Assembly (NCBI GenBank): GCA_031366795.1 | Contig: JANLOX010000410.1 | Span: forward strand, 1-23,706 | Reading direction: 5' to 3' | Source of the DNA: Candidatus Eiseniibacteriota bacterium | GTDB lineage: Bacteria > Eisenbacteria > RBG-16-71-46 | DNA: 23,706 nt | Shown here: in pieces, positions 1 through 8,009 of the stretch | How the letters are laid out: each line of letters begins with the position of its first letter | Position numbering within the stretch: position 1 is the stretch's first letter | Translations under genes and position numbers: made by a program | The notes under the pieces: generated by a model | The model's database searches: none | Told to the model about the DNA's origin: nothing | What the model saw: only the letters and a program-made list of their open reading frames with translations

Positions 1-1
1 G

Positions 2-973
2 GCTGCCGCGCTCGCGTGGGTGACGTTCCAAGGCATCCACGCGCTGTGGCCCGTCTACGTGCTCGCCAGTCTGGGCGCGGCGTTTGGTTCATTCGACGGC
101 CCGGCGCGCCAGTCGCTGATCCTGAACCTGGTCCCGCGCGAGCACCTGCCCAATGCCATCAGCCTCAACACCATCATGTTCCAGATCGCGGCTGTGCTCG
201 GGCCTGCCCTCGGAGGTCTGGTGATCGGCACGCTCGGAGTGGGTTGGGCCTACGCGCTGAATGCGCTGTCGTTCTTGTTCGTGATCGGCGCCCTCATTGC
301 GATGCGCGATGTTCCCAAGCGCGCGGGGGATGGCACCGCGCGCATCACGTTTTCGGCGGCGGGCGAGGGGTTGCGCTTCGTGTTTCGCGCGCCGCTGATC
401 CGCTCGACGATGTTGCTCGACTTCTTCGCCACGTTCTTCGCCTCGGCCACGGCCCTCTTGCCGATCTTCGCGCAGGACATCCTTCACGTGGGCGCGCGCG
501 GCTACGGCATGCTGTCGGCCGCGCCCTCGGTGGGAGCGTTGATCACCAGCGCGATATTGGTTCGGCGCATCGACGACATCCAGCGCCGCGGCCAGGTCAT
601 GCTGTGGTCGGTGGCGGGGTTTGGCGTGGCGACGATCGCGTTTGGCATCTCGCGCAGCTTCTGGCTCACCTTCGCCTGCCTCGCCCTGACCGGGGTCACC
701 GACACGGTGAGCATGGTGATCCGGAATATCATCCGCCAGCTGAACACCCCGGACGCCCTGCGTGGCCGTATGACCAGCGTAAACATGATCTTCTTCATGG
801 GCGGACCGCAGCTGGGAGAGCTCGAGGCCGGAATGGTGGCTCAGGGTCTCGGCGCGCCATTTGCCGTTATTTCCGGAGGAGTCGCGTGTGTAGTCGCGAC
901 GGCCTGGATCGCCGCCCGTACACCCCGGCTGCGGGCCTACCGGCATGAATCCGACGCGGTTGAGGCGGCCTGA
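2..973 (+). CDS. MFS transporter (MFS_3/EntS-like exporter), 5'-truncated by the window edge
   Basis: The frame is open from base 2 (AAALAWVTF...). It has multiple hydrophobic helices and MFS_3-like motifs (FDGPARQSLILNLVPREHLPNAISLN, QLNTPDALRGRMTS, GGPQLGELEAG). Confidence 0.9.
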   Translation, partial: AAALAWVTFQGIHALWPVYVLASLGAAFGSFDGPARQSLILNLVPREHLPNAISLNTIMFQIAAVLGPALGGLVIGTLGVGWAYALNALSFLFVIGALIAMRDVPKRAGDGTARITFSAAGEGLRFVFRAPLIRSTMLLDFFATFFASATALLPIFAQDILHVGARGYGMLSAAPSVGALITSAILVRRIDDIQRRGQVMLWSVAGFGVATIAFGISRSFWLTFACLALTGVTDTVSMVIRNIIRQLNTPDALRGRMTSVNMIFFMGGPQLGELEAGMVAQGLGAPFAVISGGVACVVATAWIAARTPRLRAYRHESDAVEAA

Positions 974-1053
974 GCCCCGGCGCGGAGTTGCCGAAACCGG
1001 GTGATATCGCCCGGAACTGCTGGCGATTGTTAAAGGTTTGCGGCCTGTGAAGG

Positions 1054-1062
1054 TGGTAACAT
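1054..1062 (+). promoter_or_regulatory. Candidate extended -10 promoter (TGgTAACAT) for the CBM20 gene
   Basis: TG at 1054-1055 and TAACAT at 1057-1062 sit in an AT-richer patch. There is no well-spaced -35. This would give a leader of about 200 nt. Confidence 0.3.
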
Positions 1063-1265
1063 CAGGCACGGGCCCAACCGACTGTGCCGGCATGTTCATG
1101 TGCCGCACCGTCGTCCCGGGCCTCCTCGGCGTTCCCATTCACGAATGTCCCACGCGACGACCCTGCCACGCGGGGCGAGCGATCATCAGCTCCACCGCCC
1201 TATCACGGGGCCGGGCGTGGAGTGAGACCCACCATCGGCCACAGGTCCCGAGGAGATTCCCCCAC

Positions 1266-2417
1266 ATGAAGCACGTTCGTTACTACGTTCCGGTGCTCGC
1301 TCTATTGGGCGTTCTCGGACTCTGTTCGCAGGCGTCGGCCTCTTTGGGTTGGGCCGGCAATGTGTACCCGAACAACGGCGCGTCTGTCGTTCCCACCGGC
1401 AGCGTCACGGTCTATGCACAGACCTACAAGACCGGCACCACGGACTCGCCCGGGCAGGGCGCGGGCGTCTCGGCGGAATTGCGTTACACCACGAACATCG
1501 GCTCGCAGGTGATCGTGCCCATGACCTACCAGGGCGACGTCGGCAATAACGACGAGTACAAGGCGGATATCCCGCAGTCCGCGCTGGCGGGCGCCGCCTA
1601 TGTTGATGTGACTGCGATTTTCACCGACCTCACCGACAACACCACCTTCGAAGTCACGGGTGACCAGAACGGCCACGCGCCGCCGATTCGCTACAACGTC
1701 ACCAACGTGCTGCCGAACGACGTCGCGGTGAAGTTCACCATGTGCATGAGTGGCACCTCCACGAGTGGCCCGCCGTGCGTCATCGGTTCCGCGGCGCAGA
1801 TCGGCACATGGGGCAGCGGTGTTTCCATGTCGAACGTTTCGGGCGACCTGTGGAATGTCACCGTGGTGTTCCCGGCCGGCAGCAACCCGGCATTCGAGTA
1901 CAAGTACAAGGCGGACGCCTGCAACAACTGGGAGTTCGTCAGTAACCGCCAGGTGACACTGCCGACCAACGGCGGCACCACGGTCAACTTGAACGCCGAC
2001 AGCTTCAACAACGCTCCGATCGGCTGCAGCCTCGGCTCGACGCTGGCGGCCGACAAGAACGTGTGTTTCCAGGTCTGCTTGCCCCCGGGCGGTACCTCCG
2101 GCGCGGTGTGCGTCATTGGCGGCCCTTCGCAGCTGACCAGTTGGTCCACCGGTGTCTCGATGACGCAGCTCGCGCCAAATCTCTACCAGGCGTGTGTCAC
2201 GTTCCCGGCCGGCACCCCGTTCCAGAACGTCGAGTACAAGTTCAAGAAGGATGACTGCGGCACGTGGGAGTCTGTGGGTAACCGTTCGGTGAACCTCGAC
2301 AACAGCACGCCGAGCGAGCAGACGCTGACGAGCAGCTTCGACGACAGCGGCGCCGCCTGCGCGGCCGTGGGTGTGCGTCGCGCGACGTGGGGCAAGCTCA
2401 AGTTGATGTACCGGTAA
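1266..2417 (+). CDS. Secreted non-catalytic carbohydrate-binding protein: amylopullulanase-like N-terminal module, two CBM20-like starch-binding domains, C-terminal TWGKLKLMYR tail (383 aa)
   Basis: RBS AGGAGA at 1251-1256 precedes ATG 1266. Signal peptide MKHVRYYVPVLALLGVLGLCSQASA. Two repeats carry CBM20 hallmarks: VIGSAAQIGTW..LWNVTVVFP..FEYKYK..WEFVSNR (about 1722-1965) and VIGGPSQLTSW..VTFP..VEYKFK..WESVGNR (about 2058-2300). Confidence 0.8.
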   Translation: MKHVRYYVPVLALLGVLGLCSQASASLGWAGNVYPNNGASVVPTGSVTVYAQTYKTGTTDSPGQGAGVSAELRYTTNIGSQVIVPMTYQGDVGNNDEYKADIPQSALAGAAYVDVTAIFTDLTDNTTFEVTGDQNGHAPPIRYNVTNVLPNDVAVKFTMCMSGTSTSGPPCVIGSAAQIGTWGSGVSMSNVSGDLWNVTVVFPAGSNPAFEYKYKADACNNWEFVSNRQVTLPTNGGTTVNLNADSFNNAPIGCSLGSTLAADKNVCFQVCLPPGGTSGAVCVIGGPSQLTSWSTGVSMTQLAPNLYQACVTFPAGTPFQNVEYKFKKDDCGTWESVGNRSVNLDNSTPSEQTLTSSFDDSGAACAAVGVRRATWGKLKLMYR

Positions 2418-2429
2418 GCAAGCCCGATT

Positions 2430-2501
2430 GCCCCGGCCCGCTGGGGTCGGGGCCACAGTGCGGCCACTCGCGATTCGGGCGGGTGGCCGCACATTTGTCT
2501 T
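2430..2501 (+). terminator. Tandem hairpins ending in an intrinsic terminator
   Basis: Hairpin 1 is GCCCCGGCCC/GGGTCGGGGC (2430-2453). Hairpin 2 is GTGCGGCCAC (2458-2467)/GTGGCCGCAC (2483-2492), extendable to 14 bp with one G-U pair, and is followed by ATTTGTCTT. Confidence 0.7.
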
Positions 2502-2521
2502 GGGTCGGCAGGGAGGTCGTC

Positions 2522-4312
2522 ATCACACGCATCGCCACAATCACGCGCTACTGCATGGCCCTTGGTCTGGCCATCTACTTGGGTCTGGCTGTGCCCGCCC
2601 CGGCAAGCGCCCAACAGGATGAGCGGTACGAGAGGGGCAATCACGAACCGCGCGAGGGGCGCCACGGGCGGCGTCACGAACCGTACCGGCCGCACGAGCC
2701 GCATGGCCCCGGTGCCCCGGGCGATCCAGACCACTCGAATGATCCGCTGGTGCCGATGTTGAAGCGCATCGACGCCTACCTGCAGCGCAACGAGCGCGAA
2801 GGCGTCGTATTGGATGCCCGCGTCAGCGTCAATGCGACGGAAGCGATCCGCCTGTCGGTCGTCTCGCAGTTGCTCGGCTACACCGAGCTCTACAAGGTCG
2901 TGCCCTCGGTGCGGGTTCGCCAGGACATCACCGATCGCGCCGACTACCTGATCGCCCGCTTCGACCAGGTACGCTCGGGCAGCGTGTTCGACGGGATGTT
3001 TGGGTTTGCATTGCTCGAGGCGTACGCCGCCACGAACGAGCCGCGCTATCTCGAGTACGGCCGACGGGTCGCCGTCGAACTCGAGCAAATGTCGCCCGGG
3101 GAGCGGATCCTCAATGGTGGGTTGATGGGGGCCATGGCGCTGACGCGCTACTTCGCGCTGACCGGGGATTCCACCGCGCGCGAGTTCGTGGACGATGTGA
3201 TGGCTTCGCTGCCCGCGTACCAGCACGCCAATGGCAGCTTCCCGCACTGGTGTGCCTGTTCGACGGATATTCACTACACCGACTGGATGACGACCGAACT
3301 GATCCTGATCGCGCGCATGACGCAGCGGCCGGACATCGCCCCGATGCTCGCGCGCATGCGTGGCTTCATCGCCTCGCGGATCGATGCGCACGGGATGACC
3401 CAGTACGCGGAGCCGTGCCCGGAGTACCCGGGCTGCGTCATTCCCTACTACAGCATCGCCACCGGATGCGCGATCGACTACGACACCCGCGCGTGGACGA
3501 ATGAGTTGGGCTACAGCGCGCTGTTGTTCGATGGCGCGGACAGCAGTGCCTACGCGCGCGTGATGGGCTTCATGGGTTCGCTCGAGCACGGCGGAACATT
3601 CCCCGACAAGTGGGACTTCTGGCCGCCACAGTCCGACCCTTACTATGTGTGGACGGCCGCCGACACGTCGGTCGTCAACACCAGCCTCATCTTCTGGTCG
3701 CTCACGAGCACGTTGAGCGCGCGGCCCCGGTCGCGCGACTGCGGCCGCTTGGGCCGCGATGAAGGGCTGGCACTGTTGCCGGTGACGGACACAGGTCTGC
3801 CGCGAGCCGCCGCGATCGTGGCGCCGCTCAGCGCGCGGCCCGAAACGGGGCGCGGTGCTAAGGGGTTGCTCCATACCGTCGATCGCCTGCTCGCGGCCGG
3901 GTCGAGCCCGGAGCAATACTGTGGCGCCTCAGAGCGGGCGCCGGCTCCGCCGCCGGGAGAGGGTACCGGTGTGGACCGGCGGGCGTCACTCGCCGGCACG
4001 AACGACCCCGCACTCCGGGCGGGCGAGGCTGCCGCGGGACTCTCACTCAATATGAGCTCGCAGGGAGGTACCGCCGGACCCGTGGCCATCCGTTTCACGC
4101 TGCCTTCGGCTGGCCGCACCGGCCTAGAGGTCTACGACACCGCCGGACGCAGGGTGGTCAGCCTGCTCAGCGAACCGTTGTCCGCCGGGACGCACCGCGC
4201 CCAATGGGACGGCCGGGACGCCGCGGGGCGGGACTGCCCGAGTGGGCTCTATTTCCTGGCTCTGCGGCAGGGTGGCCAGTCGCGGGTCGCACGGGTCTCG
4301 CGGCTTTATTAA
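2522..4312 (+). CDS. Secreted alpha/alpha-toroid-like protein of unknown function with FlgD-Ig/T9SS-like C-terminal domain; start uncertain (ATC 2522 or ATG 2555)
   Basis: Signal peptide ...MALGLAIYLGLAVPAPASA. Helical repeats of the ALLEAYAATNEPRYL and ALTRYFALTGD type, plus YQHANGSF. The C-terminus is IRFTLP..LEVYDTAGRRVVSL..AGTHRAQWDGRDAAG..SGLYFLAL. Confidence 0.75.
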   Translation: MTRIATITRYCMALGLAIYLGLAVPAPASAQQDERYERGNHEPREGRHGRRHEPYRPHEPHGPGAPGDPDHSNDPLVPMLKRIDAYLQRNEREGVVLDARVSVNATEAIRLSVVSQLLGYTELYKVVPSVRVRQDITDRADYLIARFDQVRSGSVFDGMFGFALLEAYAATNEPRYLEYGRRVAVELEQMSPGERILNGGLMGAMALTRYFALTGDSTAREFVDDVMASLPAYQHANGSFPHWCACSTDIHYTDWMTTELILIARMTQRPDIAPMLARMRGFIASRIDAHGMTQYAEPCPEYPGCVIPYYSIATGCAIDYDTRAWTNELGYSALLFDGADSSAYARVMGFMGSLEHGGTFPDKWDFWPPQSDPYYVWTAADTSVVNTSLIFWSLTSTLSARPRSRDCGRLGRDEGLALLPVTDTGLPRAAAIVAPLSARPETGRGAKGLLHTVDRLLAAGSSPEQYCGASERAPAPPPGEGTGVDRRASLAGTNDPALRAGEAAAGLSLNMSSQGGTAGPVAIRFTLPSAGRTGLEVYDTAGRRVVSLLSEPLSAGTHRAQWDGRDAAGRDCPSGLYFLALRQGGQSRVARVSRLY

Positions 4313-4500
4313 CCACTGGAGCGGTGCGGCGAGATTGGTTGCAACGCAAGCGGATTCGGCGAATCCCAACTGCATCCGGCGCCGCTCACCCGGCCTGCTT
4401 CTCGCGAAGGCAGCAGGCTGGCGCCGTCCACCCTGGCCGGCCGCGGTCGCACTGGCCGCGAGCCCGCATGCGCAGGCCACGGTCTCACGAATGATCCGCG

Positions 4501-5547
4501 CTAAGCCGCCTGCCGCCGGTCCTCGCCGAGGATATTGCGGAGCGCGCTCACGTCGCCGGTCAGGCCGCCGTTCTGCCACACGGCATCGTAGTCCAGCAAC
4601 CTGCCGTTGACGGCCGCGAGATCCATCTTCTCGGCGAGGAAGATCACTTCGCTCAGCGGGTCAGCAAACCGCGGCACCGGATCGCGGTGATGGTACGCGA
4701 TCGCCCGGGTTGCCCGCTCCTCGAGCCCCCAGCGCATGGCCGCGAGTCCGCCGATCGGCTCGTGCAGCCGCATCAGGGCCTTGAGCAGCAATTCCTCGGG
4801 CAGGACCACCTCGCGGCGGTTGTTCCTGCGGTGATTCGACACCTGCTCGAACACGACCAGTTTCCCGGCGTCATGCAACAGCGCCATGGAAAATGCGCGC
4901 TCGGGTTCGACGCCAAAAGCCGGAGCGATCTCGCGGGCGATCGGACCGGTGCGCACCATGTGGAACCACACTTGGTCGACCAGCCCGTCGTAGCGTCCAC
5001 CTGGACGGCACAGCACGCCGCGCATCATGTTAGAGAGCAGGACGCTCTCAACGCCGATGCTGCCGATACGCTGGATGGCGCTCGCGAGCGATGTGCAGTG
5101 CTCGCCGACCCCGGCGTAATGAGAAGAGTTGGCGTGAGTCAGCAACGACTGTGCGAGCCCCGGATCGCTGGCGAACAGTTTGGCAAGGTCATCGACGCTG
5201 GAATTCGGGTTACGGCTCACCGACAGCGCGCGCTGCGCTGCATAGGGAGGTTGGGCGATGGAGGTGTCGAGCGATTCGCCGATCATCTGGAACACCGCGG
5301 GCGCATCCGTCTTGCGGTGGACTTCCGGAATCTCGGTGAGCAATTGCTGCACGCGCTCCGTGATCACTTCCCACAGCGACGATGCCGTCACCGGTGGCGG
5401 GGCAGTGCTGCTCGCGGGGCGGGCCGTGGCGCGCGTGTGTGGCTCGCCATGATCGGGGCCGAGACCGGACGCCGACGTGGGCGGCGCCGCTGGAGCCCGC
5501 GTCGCGACTTCGGTTGTCGTAGGCTTGCGCCGGAACCAGTTGAACAT
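4501..5547 (-). CDS. Stand-alone HDOD-domain signal transduction protein (348 aa)
   Basis: RBS GAGGT lies 6 nt upstream of ATG 5547 (MFNWFRRKP). HDOD motifs include SDPGLAQSLLTHANS, AIQRIG, ALLHDAGKL and AIAYHH. The N-terminal linker is Pro/Ala-rich. Confidence 0.88.
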   Translation of the reverse strand: MFNWFRRKPTTTEVATRAPAAPPTSASGLGPDHGEPHTRATARPASSTAPPPVTASSLWEVITERVQQLLTEIPEVHRKTDAPAVFQMIGESLDTSIAQPPYAAQRALSVSRNPNSSVDDLAKLFASDPGLAQSLLTHANSSHYAGVGEHCTSLASAIQRIGSIGVESVLLSNMMRGVLCRPGGRYDGLVDQVWFHMVRTGPIAREIAPAFGVEPERAFSMALLHDAGKLVVFEQVSNHRRNNRREVVLPEELLLKALMRLHEPIGGLAAMRWGLEERATRAIAYHHRDPVPRFADPLSEVIFLAEKMDLAAVNGRLLDYDAVWQNGGLTGDVSALRNILGEDRRQAA

Positions 5548-5709
5548 CGAGCGACCTCGGTGCGCGGGAAGTGCCATTCGGGAAGCCCGCCGCCGCGCAA
5601 GCGCTGGGCTACCGCCCTGAGTATTTCGGCAACGGCGGTCGGCTTCTTGAGCCGTGGGTGATTTGGCGCGACAAAGTTCTTGCGGAGGCCTTACACGCCG
5701 CGCGTTCAA

Positions 5710-5736
5710 TTGGCGTAAACTCAAGTGCGATATACT
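5710..5736 (+). promoter_or_regulatory. Candidate sigma70 promoter for the paralog 1 gene
   Basis: TATACT at 5731-5736 in the divergent intergenic region. TTGGCG at 5710-5715 is a poorly spaced (15 nt) -35 candidate. Confidence 0.35.
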
Positions 5737-5804
5737 GGCCTCCGCTCGGGCCGGCTGTGCAATCGATTGCCCCACTTCGACGCTCTACGATGGAGGGTCC
5801 TGTC

Positions 5805-7715
5805 ATGTCACTTCGAAGCACCGCCCAGCCCTGGTTGCTGTTGGTGCTGGCTGGGCTTGTCAGCACGTCGCATCCCACCATCGCAGCCGCCGCCACGTTG
5901 GACACTCACGTGGTCAGCCTCGATGCGAACAGCAAGCTGCTGTCGTGGATCTCGCCCCAGGATCGCGCCTATGACCGGGTGATGGCCTCGTCGTGGGACC
6001 TGCTGCTGAACCACATCCCCATCGATCCCCGCAATGGGCTCAACGTCATCTTCACCAATTCGGAGTACGACCCGGTGACGCTGGCGGGCACCGATTGGCC
6101 GAACAACCCGGCCGGCAAGAACGCTATGCTGTGCGATGCGGCCCGCCTGTACTACGCCTATTCGGCGGAGCCGCGTGTGCTGAACTTCGCGCGCGCGCTG
6201 CTCGATCACCAGCTCAACTACGGAACCACTCCAGCGAACTACGACTGGGGCAACGTGCCGTGGTCCACCGCCGCGGCGGGTTCGATGACCTACGGCAATG
6301 ATTCCCTGCGTGAAGGTACGGGAGTGCTGGAGCCCGACAAGCTGGGCGAACTCGGCTACCACGGCTACCTGTGGATGTACGAAGTCACGGGGGAGACCGT
6401 GTACCGCGATGCCGCGATCAACTGTGCGGATGAACTCGCCGATCACCGCCGCACCGGCACGGGCAGCCAGTCGCCGTGGCCTTATCGCGTCAATGCGCAA
6501 ACCGGCGCGGTGGTCGAGAACTTCTGCTCGGAGGCGATCGGTCCCATCCGCTTGTTCGATGAGTTGATCCGGTTGAACCTGGGCAACGTCGCGGCCTACC
6601 AGACAGCGCGCGCTGCGGCGTGGACCTGGCTCATGAACACCGTCATCCCGGACAACTCGTGGTTCAACTACTTCGAGGACGTCAGCGTGTTGCCTGACTT
6701 TTCGAACCCGAACCAATACAACGCCGGGCAGACCGCGCGCTACCTGCTCGAGCATCCCGAGTCCGACCCCGACTGGCAGCTCCACGTCGAAGGGATTCTC
6801 GACTGGATCCAGTCGAACTTCGGTGGCACCGACAGTGGTGAGCTGGGACTTCAATACGGTGCGCGCGTGATTTCGGAGCAGGACCACTACAAGTACAAGA
6901 TGGCCAGTCATACCTCGCGTTTCGCGGCGCTCAAGGCGCTCTACGCCGAGGCGACCGGCGATGCTGTGGCGAAGGACGTCGCGTTCCACTCCCTGAACTG
7001 GTGCACCTACATGTGCCGGACCAACGGCGTGGTGATCGAGGGCCCGGCCGAGGCCGCGCACGATCCCGCATGCTGGTTCACGGACGGACATGGCGACTAT
7101 ATCCGCCACTTCATGGTCGCTATGGGTGCGGTTCCTGAGTGGGCGCCTGCCGATGAATCGCATCTGCTGCGATCCAGCTCCGTCGTTCGGAACGTTTCGT
7201 TCTCGCCCGGTGGGATCACCTACGCGACCTTCGATGCCGCTGCGATCGAAGTCTTGCGCATGCGGCAGGTGCCCATCGGCGTGCTGGCGGATGGCCTCCT
7301 CCTGGAGCGGCGCGCCGACCTGACGCAGCAGGGCTGGACCTGCGACACGCTGTCCGGCGTGGTGCGTGTCCGGCACGCTAACGGGACACTGATCCGGATC
7401 GTGGTCGACAGCACGCTCGATGTCGGCCCGAGACAAAACATCATCCGCGGGCTCCGGGCCGAACCGAACCCCGGAGCGGGGCCCGTGCGGATCGCGTTCG
7501 TGCTGGCGCGCGAGACCAACGCGGAAGTATGCGTGTCGGACGTGAGCGGGCGGCGTCTGCGGACGCTCGTCTCGGGACCACTCACCGCGGGGGCGCACGT
7601 CGTGAACTGGGACGGCGCCGATGACTCGGGTGCCCGGGTGCGATCCGGCGTCTACCACGTGCGCATCGTCAGCGACGGATTCGAGAGCTCGACGCAGGTC
7701 GTGCGGGTCGAGTAA
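5805..7715 (+). CDS. Secreted six-hairpin/alpha-alpha-toroid-like protein (putative glycoside hydrolase-like) with FlgD-Ig/T9SS-like CTD; paralog 1 (636 aa)
   Basis: RBS GGAGGG at 5792-5797 precedes ATG 5805, followed by a signal peptide. The core contains EPDKLGELGY, YLWMYEVTGETVYRDAAINCAD and YFEDV. The CTD is AEPNP..IAFVL..DVSGRRLRTL..WDGADDSG..SGVYHVRI. Confidence 0.82.
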   Translation: MSLRSTAQPWLLLVLAGLVSTSHPTIAAAATLDTHVVSLDANSKLLSWISPQDRAYDRVMASSWDLLLNHIPIDPRNGLNVIFTNSEYDPVTLAGTDWPNNPAGKNAMLCDAARLYYAYSAEPRVLNFARALLDHQLNYGTTPANYDWGNVPWSTAAAGSMTYGNDSLREGTGVLEPDKLGELGYHGYLWMYEVTGETVYRDAAINCADELADHRRTGTGSQSPWPYRVNAQTGAVVENFCSEAIGPIRLFDELIRLNLGNVAAYQTARAAAWTWLMNTVIPDNSWFNYFEDVSVLPDFSNPNQYNAGQTARYLLEHPESDPDWQLHVEGILDWIQSNFGGTDSGELGLQYGARVISEQDHYKYKMASHTSRFAALKALYAEATGDAVAKDVAFHSLNWCTYMCRTNGVVIEGPAEAAHDPACWFTDGHGDYIRHFMVAMGAVPEWAPADESHLLRSSSVVRNVSFSPGGITYATFDAAAIEVLRMRQVPIGVLADGLLLERRADLTQQGWTCDTLSGVVRVRHANGTLIRIVVDSTLDVGPRQNIIRGLRAEPNPGAGPVRIAFVLARETNAEVCVSDVSGRRLRTLVSGPLTAGAHVVNWDGADDSGARVRSGVYHVRIVSDGFESSTQVVRVE

Positions 7716-7747
7716 TTCCGGAACGGTCGGTCCCCGAAACTACAATC

Positions 7748-7782
7748 GCCTTCCCGGGTTTTGCCCCGGGAGGGCTTGCTTG
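7748..7782 (+). terminator. Intrinsic terminator after paralog 1
   Basis: An 11-bp stem GCCTTCCCGGG/CCCGGGAGGGC (one G-U pair) is followed by TTGCTTG. Confidence 0.55.
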
Positions 7783-8009
7783 TGCCGCCCCTCGAGCCGT
7801 AACCGCCCCATTCCCTCGCAATCATTGGCATATCCGGCCTTGCGGCCGCGGCCCGGCTCTTGCGTTGTGCGTGCGCGAACGTGAAATCGCGCGCATGAAC
7901 GGCGTACCGGCTGTCTGTCCAGGCACCCGAAGCGGCCCGCCAGCGCGCGCAATGACAGGCGCCGGATCCATGCTGGCCATGCCGGCGCTTGATGGAATGG
8001 GATTCCTTC

